A DNA stretch of 64,000 nt, from positions 73,966,001 to 74,030,000 of the forward strand of contig OX597824.1 in the NCBI GenBank assembly GCA_951406725.2, given 5' to 3'. The stretch's first letter is position 1; the number at the start of each line of letters is the position of its first letter. The position numbers and the translations under genes were made by a program. The notes beneath the pieces were generated by a model. The model was not told where the DNA came from, made no database searches, and was given only the letters and a program-made list of their open reading frames with translations. Shown piece after piece: positions 1 to 11,389 of the stretch. The stretch is from Octopus vulgaris. Lineage: Eukaryota.

Positions 1-225
1 CAATCATCACCAGGATCAATGAGGAAGTCTCCATATAGTCATTTTGGTTTACTAGGAATACCAGCCAAATCTCCCTCAGATGACAACCTATAGGTCTGAA
101 AAGTGTGGTACACATTGAATAATAAAAAATGTGGCTGTCATGGTTGGAATGCCTTATGTCACACATCACAACTGGCCTACAGCTAAACAACAATCACACA
201 ATATAAAATAAGAACTGAAGCACTG

Positions 226-590
226 ATATGGCTGCGTGGTTTAAGCAGTTTGCTTTTGAATACAACTCCACTCTGCAGTATTTTGGGTAAATGCACTCTA
301 CTATAGCTGCAGGCCGACCAAAGCCCTGAGTGGATTTGATTGATGGAAACTGAAAGAAGCCCATTGTTATGTGGTTGTGCATGAGCATCACTGGCATATA
401 AGTGATGCTGGTTTGTTTCTAGTCTTCTATGAAAAGCATGCCTGGCTATGGGGAAATATTTGTTACCTTACTTGGAAATAGGTAAGTAGCATTGCTGATA
501 CAAAGACACCTGGGTATAGAAAGTCTGCCTCAACAAATTACCATCTGACCCATGCTAGCATGGAAACATGGATGTTAAACTGATGACATT
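226..590 (+). mobile_element. Decayed S2 SINE (tRNA-derived, CORE-like) with RTE-type 3' tail
   Basis: Matches other S2 copies (ggccgaccaaagcc..gagtggatttg..ggaaactgaaagaagccc) and ends in ccatgctagcatggaaa..gttaaactgatga; CpGs are largely converted to TG/CA. Confidence 0.75.
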
Positions 591-679
591 GAGGAACAAG
601 GAGAATTAAACCAAGTTGCTCATCCCAAAATATGTACTGTACAAATGCTAGAAATCATTATGTATAATGATGAGTAACG

Positions 680-1331
680 TGGCAAGCTGGCAGAATCATA
701 AACATGCTTGGTGAAATGCTTAGTGGCACTTCACCTATCTGTACGTTCTGAGTTCAAATTCTGCTGTGGTTGACTTTGCCTTTTATCCTTTCAGGGTTGA
801 TAAATTAAGTACCAGTCGAGAAGGCGGCAAGCTGGTAGAATTGTTAGCACACCTGGCAAAATGCTTAACAGTATTTCGTCTGCCGTTATGTTCTGAGTTC
901 AAATTCCGCCGAGGTTGACTTTGCCTTTCATCCTTTCGGGGTCGATAAATTAAGTACCAGTTTCGTACTGGGGGTCGATATAATCGACTTAATCCATTTC
1001 TCTGTCCTTGTTTGTCCCCTCTATGTTTAGCCCCTTGTGGGTAATAAAGAAATATGTATTTCATCTGCCATTACGCTCTGAGTTCAAATTCTGCCGAGGT
1101 TGACTTTGCCTTTCATCCTTTCAGGGTCGATAAATTAAGTGCCAGTTACGTACTGGGGTCGATGTAATCGACTTAATCTCTTTGTCTGTCCTTGTTTGTC
1201 CCCGCTATGTTTAGCTCCTTGTGGGCAACAAAGAAATAAAATTAAGTACCGGTCGAGTACTGGGGGTTGATGTAGTCGACTTCCCCCCCCTCCTCCAAAA
1301 TTTCAGGTCATGTGATTTAGTAGAAAGGATT
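680..1331 (+). mobile_element. Older S1 SINE interrupted by a younger S1 dimer (821-1238)
   Basis: S1 head ggcggc(g/a)agctgg(c/t)agaa, B-box-like gagttcaaatt, core gtcgactttgcctttcatcctttcggggtcgataaattaagtaccag (resembles the Meta SINE domain). A 19-bp TSD aaattaagtacc(a/g)gtcgag lies at 802-820 and 1239-1257. Confidence 0.9.
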
Positions 1332-2166
1332 ACGCATAATGGTTAACTTTAGATCACAGTCATATACATCAGCACAATTCTACAACAACCCAATGCAACC
1401 ACGAGCCACCGTATTTAACCGGCCTTGGTTAGCATTAACAGATGCTGACATCATCTACTTCAGGATATGTAAAGAGGAGACAGAAACACATAGTGAGCAA
1501 ACCTTAGGGTAAACATTCTGGTTCCATTACACGTTATGCAAGCAGCCCTGCTGCACCACTATTCAATCTATTTATAATCCCATAAAAAAACGAAGAAAAA
1601 AACCAAAAAAAAACCCCACATCATGTGGTGGGGGTGGGGATATATTGCCTGCAGCAGTATTTTGTTTCAAACAGAGCAAGAAGCAAATGTATTTTTTTTC
1701 GCTTTCAGCTGTTGATTCTAAGCCTGAATTCCACACATGCTGTAAAACAGCAATGTAACATAGCAATCTACACATTATCCGACTACTAGCATATATAAGA
1801 TTTTCTACTCTGAGACATGTGTTAGTGCTATACACATATGAGTAGTGTAGTTAGCATGAAGTATTGTCTCAACTATATAAATACTTTTAATTATATGGTG
1901 ATTACTCCAGCTTCACAGACGACTGCCATCTTCTTGTACTTCCTCACCGTCAGTAGCATTTCTGGCTTTTCATTCATGACCTCTGAAATGACTATTCAAT
2001 CCCATTGCAGATCTGCGTGGCTTGAAGCATTAGCAATAGACAAAAGTTGTACCTTACTGTACACATCCAACTAGTCAGGTCTGCATATGTCACCACTCTT
2101 CCATTCCCATAGATCTTTCAGGAGATGGAATGACAAAGAAAGTCTTCCTAAAAAAGACATGTGTAT

Positions 2167-2880
2167 GTCATCATCATCATTTAACGTCCGCTTTCCATGC
2201 TGGCATGGGTTGGACGGTTTGACAGGAGCTGGCTAGGCAGAAGCCTGCACCATGCTTTCCTGTCGGTTTTGGCATGGTTTTTACAGCTGGATACACTTCC
2301 TAACACCAAACACTCTGCAGAGTGGACTGAGTGCTTTTTACATGGTACCAGTACAGGCAAGGTCAGTTTTGGCATATTTTTACAGCTGAATGCCCTTCCA
2401 AATACCAAGTACTCTGCAGAGTGGACTGAGTGCTTTTTTACATGGTACCAGTACAGGCAAGGTCAGTTTTGGCATATTTTTACAGCTGAATGCCCTTCCT
2501 AACACCAAACACTCTGCAGAGTGGACTGAGTGCTTTTTTACATGGTACCAGTACAGGCAAGGTCAGTTTTGGCATATTTTTACAACTGCATGCCCTTCCA
2601 AACAACAACCACTTTACAGTGTTGACTGGATGCTTTTTACATTGCATCAGCACTGACAGAGTCACCACGTAACTTACCAAACAAAGATCCAATGAGAGAG
2701 GATGTGGCATTGGAAGTGATCTTGTGCCAGATGATGAAAGGTTATAGTGTGATGGAGAGACAGAAACAGGTGTCTTGTTATAGAGGTAATACATGGTTAC
2801 TCAGTCAGAGAGAGAGACAGAGTGAACAAGATTGAGGCCAGTAACGGGTGTGTTGCTGTAGAGGAGGTACATGGTTAACT
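2167..2880 (-). mobile_element. Retroposon with RTE-type 3' end carrying an internal 100-bp tandem repeat (~3.8 copies, 2267-2645)
   Basis: The 3' end catcatcatcatttaacgtccgctttccatgctggcatgggttggacgg is shared with 9914-10066 and 14130-14575; ttttggcat recurs at 2267, 2367, 2467 and 2567. Confidence 0.8.
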
Positions 2881-2889
2881 AGTCTGAGG

Positions 2890-3372
2890 GACAGAGCAAG
2901 AGGAAGAAAGTAGAAGAGAGCAAGAGAGAGAGAGAGAGAGAGAGTGGAAGAGAGCAAGAGAGAGAGAGAGAGCAAAAGAGAGAGAGTGGAAGAGAGCAAA
3001 AGAGAGAGAGTGGAAGAGAGCAAGAAAGAAAGAGAGAGTGGAAGAGAGCAAAAGAGAGAGTGAAAGAGAGCAAAAGAGAGAGTGAAAGAGAGCAAAAGAG
3101 AGAGTGGAAGAGAGCAAGAGAGAGAGAGAGTGTGGAAGGAAGCAAGAGAAAGAGAGAGAGTGAAAGGAAGCAAGAGAAAGAGAGAGAGTGAAAGGAGGCA
3201 AGAGAAAGAGAGAGAGAGTGAAAGGAAGCAAGAGAAAGAGAGAGAGAGTGGAAGGAAGCAAGAGAAAGAGAGAGAGAGTGGAAGGGAACAAGAGAAAGAG
3301 AGAGACTGGAAGAGAGCAAGAGCAAGAGAAAGAAGGATAGAACGAGAGAAAGAGAGAGGGTGTAAGAGAGAG
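2890..3372. repeat. GA-rich compound micro/minisatellite (~22-30-bp units)
   Basis: Units such as agagagagtggaagagagcaaa and agagaaagagagagagagtgaaaggaagca. Confidence 0.95.
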
Positions 3373-3839
3373 AAAACACTTGAACAATATGAGTACCACT
3401 CTCTGGGGTTCTGCGGTGGGTACCTAGTGACAGGCTGATGTGAAATGACCAGTAATCACACGGAACCACAGGTTTTACATCCGGATGTATCTCTCTTAAA
3501 AGGATGCTGTGACAACAGCTAGGGATCCCTCACTTCTGCAGGGTTTGACTTTCATGCCCTGACACCCACCAAGGGTATTTCTGTATCTCTGTGTTGAGAC
3601 AGATTGACACCTCATATGCTAATTAAGCCATAGCTGGGAACCTGACATGTGTTACTACTCAGGGTTTAGAGCAGACCTGGGAACAACAGTGGCTAAGGAG
3701 TAGTTCCACGTTCCTTGAAACCTTGAAATTCCTGAACAAGTGCCCCACTACTAGGCACTACCAGATGTAATTTGAAGTCAGACCCAGGAGATGTATATTT
3801 ATATACACGCATGCACACATTCAAATGTGTGTATATATA

Positions 3840-4070
3840 TATTTCTTTACTACCCACAAGGGGCTAAACACAGAGGGGACAAACAAGGACAGACAAAGGG
3901 ATTAAGTCGATTACATCGACCCCAGTGCGTAACTGGTACTTAATTTATCGACCCCGAAAGGATGAAAGGCAAAGTCGACCTCGGCGGAATTTGAACTCGG
4001 AACGTACCGGCAGACGAAATACGGCTATGCATTTCGCCCGGCGTGCTAACGTTTCTGCCAGCTCACCGCC
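3840..4070 (-). mobile_element. Young full-length S1 SINE
   Basis: Near-consensus reverse complement with CpGs retained. Confidence 0.9.
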
Positions 4071-4786
4071 TTATACTGTATATATATATATATATATGCA
4101 CACACACAAACACTATATATATATATATATATATGTGTGTGTATATATATATATATGCACACACACAAACACTATAAAAGCAACAAAATGTAAACTAGAA
4201 TAACTACAATAATACATAAGTAAAACAATTCCCAACCTGCGGAACTTAAGCTACTCAACTTACCACTAATTATTATCAGTATAATTATTATACCTGCTAA
4301 TTACACGAGCTACAATTATATATATATATACCAGCTGGCCCTGTTCTGTAAAAAATGACAGCTAATTGTAATATTTTATATATGAATAAGGTACATAATA
4401 ATCACAGATACAAACATTCACATACTTCCCTTGTACACATACACACATATACTCAGAGTTGAAACGCTGTTTGATTTTTCTTTTCAGCATTGAATGTTCA
4501 CCATCCCATTTCCATTGTGCACACACACAAATATTCACATATATACTCGCACAGAGTTGAAATGCTGATTTTTTTTTCAACCCTTCCTTCGATATTCATC
4601 GTGATGGAGAAAAATAAAAGATACACGACATGCTCTTTGACACTTCCTTTCTCTTATTGCTATTACTTTCTCTCACTCTCACTACTTCTTCATAGAATTA
4701 CTATTTTCTCTCCTCTCAGCTTCACTTATACTACTCTTTCTCCTACTTCATCCTACTCTGTGATTTTGGACAAATATATATATATA

Positions 4787-5181
4787 CTAGCAGTATTGCC
4801 CGGAATTGCTCTGGTTTATTTCAACCCTTTAGAATTGGAATTTTTGAAAAGTAAAACTTTTGCATTATGTAGCTTGTTATTCTCTTTAAGTGAACATTTT
4901 CCTGGTTGAAATACACTGAAAAATGGCAACACAGCAGTAAAAAAATCGTAAAAAATAGGGATTTTCATAGAAAAAGAAGCACCTTTTTGATGTAAATAAT
5001 TTTTGGTGTTAACATGGTCCGATTTGAATTTTTTCTTCTACGGAAGGAAGAGCAAGCCTTCTTCTATCATACTTTCAATTTTGGTCAACTTGTGGTACAG
5101 GGACTCGGAGAAGATAGTGTTAGTTGAAGGCTACCAAACCTGCCATACACAGACAACTTCAGCTTTATATATAGAGAGAGA
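4787..5181 (-). mobile_element. Non-autonomous Helitron, internal type A
   Basis: 5' TC, 3' hairpin plus CTAG, inserted between A and T with no TSD; CpG-decayed homolog of 45628-46037. Confidence 0.85.
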
Positions 5182-5289
5182 TTTGTACACACAAATATAT
5201 AAAAACACTGCACTCATTATTATATTAGGAAATATATATAGTAAAGAGGAAGTGTTAGCTAGCGTACTAAAACACATCTATATATAAAT

Positions 5290-5400
5290 ATATCTTGCCA
5301 CAACGACAATCCTATGGTATTTCCTCCTAGCTCATGTCTTTCCTGCAGGAGTTGACTTTCAAAAGTTCAAGAGAAGCATTGATGGTATCAAAAACCACGG
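5290..5400 (+). mobile_element. CR1/L2-like LINE ORF2 C-terminal fragment
   Basis: Translates LWYFLLAHVFPAGVDFQKFKRSIDGIK, resembling the LWNxLP...FK C-terminus of CR1-clade ORF2. Confidence 0.45.
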
Positions 5401-5848
5401 GTCCACCAAAGTCATGTGCGCTGCCTCTTCATCTAAACCCATCATCATTATCATCTTTTCTGTTTCGTTTTCATTTATTTATATTTTTTTTTATTTTATT
5501 TTATCTAGTTTCAGCTCACAAGCTGTGGCCATGCTGGGGCACCGCCATATATTAATTTTTTTTTTAAAACCACACTAATATTAGTTAGGAGGAACTTGTT
5601 TAGGCAGACTTTCTCATGGCTGATTCTGGTCCTCACATGACGAAAGGGGTGAGATGATGGAACTATGGGGAAGCCTATAAACCAGAGAATGTAAACACTG
5701 CCTTTTCTTTAAGCAGTGTTAACACAGTAGGCATGGAAAGAACACACACACATGCACACATGTGTGCGTGGGGGGCATCTTATCTGCCACTATAGCGCTC
5801 GGCTGACAAATATCTTATGAGTGAATTTGGTAGACAGAAACTGTGTGG

Positions 5849-6062
5849 AAGCTGGCAGAAATGTTAGCATACCGGGCGAAATGCTTAGCAATATTTTGTC
5901 TGTCTTTGCAGTTCAAATTCCACCGAGGTCGACTTTGCCTTTCATCCTTTCGGGGTTGATAAATTAAGTACCAGTTAAGCACTGGGGTTGATGTAATCGA
6001 CTTCATCCCTTTGTCCTTGTTTGTCCCCTCTATGTTTAGCCCCTTGTGGAAAATAAAGAAAA
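5849..6062 (+). mobile_element. S1 SINE inserted in an S2 fragment
   Basis: S1 consensus match; flanked by a duplicated agaaac(t/c)gtgtgga. Confidence 0.85.
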
Positions 6063-6083
6063 AAGAAACCGTGTGGAGGCTGT

Positions 6084-6280
6084 TGTGTGTGTGTGCGTGT
6101 TTACACACACACATGTATACACATGTACACATACACACATGTACACACACACATGTACACACACACACATGTACACATACACACATGTACACACACACAT
6201 GTACACACACACATGTACACATACACATGTACACACACACATGTACACATACACACACACACACACATGCACAAACACAT
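6084..6280. repeat. (CA)n / CATGTACACA compound microsatellite
   Basis: Seen directly. Confidence 0.95.
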
Positions 6281-6788
6281 TTCTCAATTTCCATTTACCA
6301 ATTCTGCTCAGAAGGAATCAGTCAACCTGAGGCTTTGTGAAAAATTCTTGAAAATCCATCTGATACAAGTTCAAACACTAAAAAACATCAGTGATTACAA
6401 CAGTGATTATCGTCTTTCCTGCAAAGTCATTTTAACTGTTGAACCGTGTGTGGATCTTGGGAGAGCAACAAACAGTTGTCCACTTGTTAATTTATCTGTT
6501 CTTCCGAACAGATCTGTTTCACTGAATGAAAGACATTTAAGATTTATCAGCTTTCATTGTGAAAAAAATATTCAATCTGATACTTGTAATCATATAAGAG
6601 TGAATGCAGCATGGCATCAGAGAGTCATAGCATATTCTTAGCACATGACTGGTTTTCTATAAAATTCGACTTCTGTAACAATGTGGCCTTCATTCAAGCA
6701 TTCACATAAATTGTTTATATCTACTTGTATTTCATTAACCTGGTTTAAATTTTAGAATATCATAACAATCATTTTCCTTCAAGTTTAA

Positions 6789-7190
6789 CCCTTTAGTGTT
6801 CACATTATTCCACCAAAATTAATCTTTTTTTATCCACATTGTTTTGAACTAATCATCTTGTAGCTATGAGATTTTGATGAAGTAGCTGTTAATTTTTAAA
6901 ACAATATTGTAGGGTTGGTCTGAGAGACCAGATATGGCCAGTTTGAACATAAAACAGGCAGAATACTTTTGGCTGGATATGGCCGGTTTAAATGCTAAAG
7001 GGTTAACCCTTTAACATTCAAATCAGCAATATCCAGCGAAAATATTTAACCTGTCTTATGTTGAAACTGGTCAGATCCAGATTCTCACTTCAATCCCAAA
7101 ATGTCATTCTAAAATAAACAATCACATCACTGAAATCACAAAGCTATGAAATAATGCATGATTAATTCAAAACAATGAACAACCATTATA
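6789..7190. mobile_element. Two piggyBac-type MITEs head-to-head sharing one TTAA (6789-7002 and 7007-~7190)
   Basis: TTAA-ccctttag...ctaaaggg-TTAA termini; the second copy is an inverted, truncated homolog. Confidence 0.8.
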
Positions 7191-7514
7191 TTAAAGTATA
7201 TAAGTATTTATATATATATATATATTAAAGTAGGAGTGAGAAGTGGGCAGTACTCCAAAGTTTTAGCCATTTAAAAATTCCATTCAGCTATGTTGCTCCT
7301 CAACAGCAAGAAACCTGTTCTGGTCCCTTCTTTCAGACTTCAACCTGGGAAGCTGTACCAAAGCAGATACTGTAGTTCAATGTAGTCCTTGGACCCAGCA
7401 AACTTTGTCAAACCATTCAACCCATACCAACATGGGAAGATGGACATTAAAAGATGATGATAATATATTCATCTTTGGATGATACTTTTCTAAGAGATTA
7501 GTCCACCATCAAAT

Positions 7515-7815
7515 AAATAATTTCCTCATTTAGAGAATCAACATTACTGGTAAAGATAGATGGCATGTTTTTACAACTATTGTGCCATGTCATGGCAGAG
7601 TGACACAAATACAGGTGCACACACACACAAAAACCATATAGAGAATGGACTTCTTTTTGATTCTCTGTGTCAAATCCAATTCACAAGGCTTTGGTTATCC
7701 TGGGCCTGTGGCAGAAGACACTTTCTCAAGGTATCACACACTGGGATTTAATTTGAAATTACAATGCCATCTATCTTTACCAGTAATGTTGATTCTCTAA
7801 ATGAGGAAATTATTT
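7515..7815. repeat. Perfect 52-bp inverted repeat (7515-7566 / 7764-7815) around an S2 SINE fragment
   Basis: aaataatttcctcatttagagaatcaacattactggtaaagatagatggcat and its exact reverse complement. Confidence 0.95.
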
Positions 7816-8358
7816 CTGTGAAATTGGCAGGATTCAGTCTACCACGAAAACTTGATTTATAATTTTATATTTATTCAATGCAATCTCAATAACATTTGGA
7901 CATGCAATCCTGCCAATCAGAGTCTACCAATTCATTCTGCTCCACAGTTCAATAATACAAAACAGAAGTGGTCAACTAGAATTGGTTCTATCAATTCTAT
8001 GGTTGCATATTCATGATAGTTTCAATTTTATCATTCTCATCCAAAATGAAGAATGAATCCTAACTCTGTTGAGAATAACAGCTCTGCTAGTTTTCTTCAA
8101 AAGCAGGTCATTATCATCATCAATCATCATTATTTAACATCTACATTTCCAAGCATCCATGGGTCAAATGGAGTTTTACTGAGGAAGATTTTCTATGACT
8201 GGATGCCCTTCCTGTCACCAACCCTCACCTGTTTCCAAGCAAGTTAATATTTCCTCATGGCTAGACATGTTTTCCATGGAAGACTAGAAATTAGCAACAT
8301 TGTTAGTATGAGAGAGCTGCTCATTTGCAAGCATCACATAGTTTCAAAGCAAAGGTAT

Positions 8359-8668
8359 TGTTTTTGTTGTTTGTACCTTCTTGAGCCATGCCTGGCTCAT
8401 AAGGGCTGGTTTCCCGGTTTTTTGGTGTATAGGTTCCCCACCTGGATGGGACACCGGTCCATCGCAGGTGAGCTGCAAGATGCAGGAGGAAAGAGTGAGA
8501 GAAAGTTGTGGCGAAAGAGTCAGCAGAAGTTCGCCATTACCTTTTGCCGGAGCCGCGTGGAGCTTAGGTGTTTCGCTCATAAACACACACATTGTCTGGT
8601 CTGAGATTCGAACCCACAATCCCTCGACCGCAAGTCCGCTGCTCTTACCACTAGGCCATGTGCCTCCA
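8359..8668 (-). mobile_element. S3 SINE (tRNA-Arg-like head) with 14-bp TSD
   Basis: A-box tggcctagtgg and B-box ggttcgaatc on the minus strand; TSD caaagcaaaggtat at 8345-8358 and 8669-8682. Confidence 0.9.
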
Positions 8669-8689
8669 CAAAGCAAAGGTATACACATA

Positions 8690-8856
8690 CACAATGAGCT
8701 TTTTCCAGTTTCCTTCTCTCAGTTGCACTCACAGAGCCTTGGTCAGTCTGAGGCTAAAGTAGAAGACACCTGCCCAAGATGCCATGAATTAGGACTGAAT
8801 CAAAGACCACATGGTTAGGAAACAAGCTTCTTAACCACAAAGCTTTGCCTGTGCCT
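8690..8856 (-). mobile_element. Decayed S2 SINE 5' part
   Basis: agaagacacctgcccaag..accacatggttagg matches the S2 consensus. Confidence 0.7.
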
Positions 8857-9851
8857 AGTGTTTGCTAAAAATTACCTAGATACACTATGAGCTTGCTACA
8901 TTAAAAACCAACAGCTCCATAGACAAACTAGTAAAAACAATTTAACAGTATGGCTTTATTTGTAGTACTTCATTTTAACATAAAGCACCAAAGACAATAA
9001 CAATCACCAGGTTGCTATTAATAGCAATTCTGTAAGCAGTATTGCTGTCAATAGAAATTGCTACATGGAAAAGTTGAATGGGTTGTAGAACCACTTTTGC
9101 AAAACAATACAACCAGTCTTGTAGATGCAAGAGTGAGAACTGGTTGATTGAAATATGCTTCTACAAACTCGATAAGTGTTCAATGGAAATATCTCTTTCC
9201 GGAGTTGCAAAGCCTCTTTAACAAAGAAAATATTTGAATTAGGGTTATAGCTTGATATGGCATCAATTAAAGTGTGAAAAGCATGTTGCTGCACTTGGGT
9301 CAATGTTTATTATTTTGAATTCTTTTTTTTACTGTTGGCTTCACTTCTCTGCAGGCTGATGTTGGTGGTAATGGCGGCAGGCATTTGATAGACAAACCAG
9401 CAATCAGCTAATGAAGAGAAGTTCCATTTCGGAACCATGAAATTAACAAACTGGTGAATGATTTTTGTTATTAACAACTTGGTGTTTTTGAAGAAAATCC
9501 CAACAGATTAGAGATATCATTAACCCTTTTGTTATATTTCTGCTGAAATGCACTGCCTTTGTTCCTATTAATTTTGAAAATAATGACATGTACTAACTTA
9601 GCATATGTCTGAACTGGTGCCACTAATTTATAAAAAAGTGATTAGTACATTCACCGATGTCGCAGAAAAGCAGGCTGTAATGAATTCAGAATACATAATT
9701 GAAACAGTATCAAATTACAAAAGCCATCTGTATATCACCCTTGAAATGTATGATGTTGTGGGTTTTGTCAGCAAGGAAATTTCTTCTTAGACACCAGAGT
9801 GCTTCTGATGATGATATTATCTGGTAGCAACATAGCATTGTGAGTCATTAA

Positions 9852-10225
9852 CCCTTTCGTTACCAACCTGGCTGAAACCGGCTCTGGCTCTGAGTACAAA
9901 TGTTTTGTTTTCATTCACGGAGTGGTTGGCGTTAGGAAGGGCATCCAGCTGTAGAAACACTGCCAGATCAGACTGGAGCCTGGTGCAGCCTCCTGGCTTC
10001 CCAGACCCTGGTCAAACCATCCAACCTGTGCTAGCATGGAAAACGGACGTTAAACAATGATGATGAAGTTTTGAATTAAAATCTTCGATCAAACCTTAGT
10101 CACAATTTATGTTCCTAACACTAGCTGAATGATAACTAAGTTATTTTACTAAATTCTTTGTTATATTCTAAGTAATAATTGAAAGAAACACAGAGCATCT
10201 CAAAATAAATACAGTAATGAAAGGG
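9852..10225. mobile_element. piggyBac-type MITE (second family) with nested RTE-tail retroposon (9914-10066)
   Basis: TTAA-ccctttcgttac...gtaatgaaaggg-TTAA; the nested piece ends ggacgttaaacaatgatgatga. Confidence 0.8.
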
Positions 10226-10229
10226 TTAA

Positions 10230-10451
10230 TTCTTTAGCATTTAAACCAGCCATATTCCGGCCCAAATATTCTTCCAGTTTTATGTTCAAGCCAGTCAGAT
10301 CCAACCTTTCACATCAATGCTACAATGTCGTTCTTAAAATAAACAATCACACCGTTTACATCTGGAAACAGTGAGATAATGTAGGACCGATTCAAAAGAA
10401 TGTAAATGAATAAGCATTAACATTTGAAAGAATAATCTGAATGCTAAAGGG
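10230..10451 (+). mobile_element. piggyBac-type MITE (first family)
   Basis: Homologous to 6789-7002; flanked by TTAA on both sides. Confidence 0.8.
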
Positions 10452-11389
10452 TTAATGTGCAATTTCATGTAGATGTAAGGAACAGATCTAGCTTTCCCAT
10501 GATGGTGAATAAATACTCTAGTCTTGGAAAATCTTTTTCTAGAACTCGAGTCTGCCACTGAATGGAAACGGAAGTACAACATAGCTGCTAGAAATATAGC
10601 TATTTGAGATGTCTCACAGTACTTGATACTTCAAACTTTGATAACATTTTTCTCTTAGTACCGACTAATTCTTTCAAACTCATTGGTGCTTTCCTTCTCC
10701 GGCTATTATCAATGCACTCTCAGGATAAATCTTCCTTCCAACCAAAATATTTCAAAAATCATTGATTTGATTCATCATTCTGTATGGATAATACATCACA
10801 TTATTTATTTATATATATAAATATAATCTAATAATACACAATTTTTATGATTTTAGTCCAATGACTAAAAGCATAAAAGACTATGCATATTTTATTACAT
10901 AAATAACTCCCCTCATTTTCCTTTCACCTTTTCTGAGCTGGCTTCGGTCAAATTGCTTTGAAAAGAACCATTCTATCAATAAACCATTCACTCAACTGTG
11001 AAGTAGGAAATATTACCTAGCAACCTCCAGCTTCACTGAACAAAACTAATAACTTGTATTGTATTGTGTGTGTCCAGTATCACACACCATATTCAATAAT
11101 CATCATTATCATGACTGATTCAATATCCTTTTAATGTTGTCCAAATTCAGAAAAATTTAACAAAAAAAAAAAAAAAAAAGGAAAAAACAGATCCATGCTT
11201 TTTTTTTTCATACGAAAGACAGAAACTAGCAGATCCACCCACCCACATATCTTATAGCTTTGTAATCCATCATAAGCTTACAGAGAGTTGACACTCGACT
11301 CTGGTTTTACATCGTTTCTACAAAAATGGATGTCAGGATTGCCTTCCTAAAGACACAATCCATCAAGTTGAACCATGGAACCACTAGAC

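Larger units (their letters stand above)
2045..3790 (+). repeat. Old unclassified repeat (family X) split into 2045-2170 and 3373-~3790 by a 1.2-kb insertion
   Basis: 2045-2170 and 3373-3545 align by eye with the reverse complement of the contiguous copy at ~51930-52235 (e.g. gagtaccactctctg; aaggatgc(t/c)gtgacaacagct). Extension to 3790 is assumed. Confidence 0.65.
6400..11150 (-). pseudogene. Fossil autonomous Helitron Rep/PIF1-like helicase gene, fragmented by stops, frameshifts and nested insertions
   Basis: Manual minus-strand translation gives PIF1 motifs in the correct order: QQHAFHTLIDAI..NIFF then SGK (~9300-9195); VLTLAST..SGSTTHSTF (~9115-9070); KLIVYLGNF*QTL (~8895-8856); KTSRAVILN..SSFW..LKLS/MNM (~8100-8003); NVDSLNEEII (~7545-7516); MIVMIF*NLN (~6770-6740); FTMKADKS* (~6565-6537); GQLFVALPR (6481-6455). 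Rep-region similarity at 10460-11150 is weaker. Confidence 0.8.

Noticed and set aside
783-1064. Recurring peptide RNWYLIYRPRKDERQSRPRRNLNSE in several ORFs
   Set aside because: Antisense translation of the S1 SINE core, not a gene family.
2267-2645. Regularly spaced repeats resembling a CRISPR array (also the 184-bp S1 units)
   Set aside because: Whole units repeat with no unique spacers, there are no cas genes, and the context is eukaryotic.
2805-3469. Overlapping 118-196 aa ORFs rich in S/L or R/E
   Set aside because: Translation of a GA/CT microsatellite.
5349-5440. Plus-strand acceptor (tttcctgcag) with an open frame
   Set aside because: Better explained as a CR1-like LINE C-terminal remnant.
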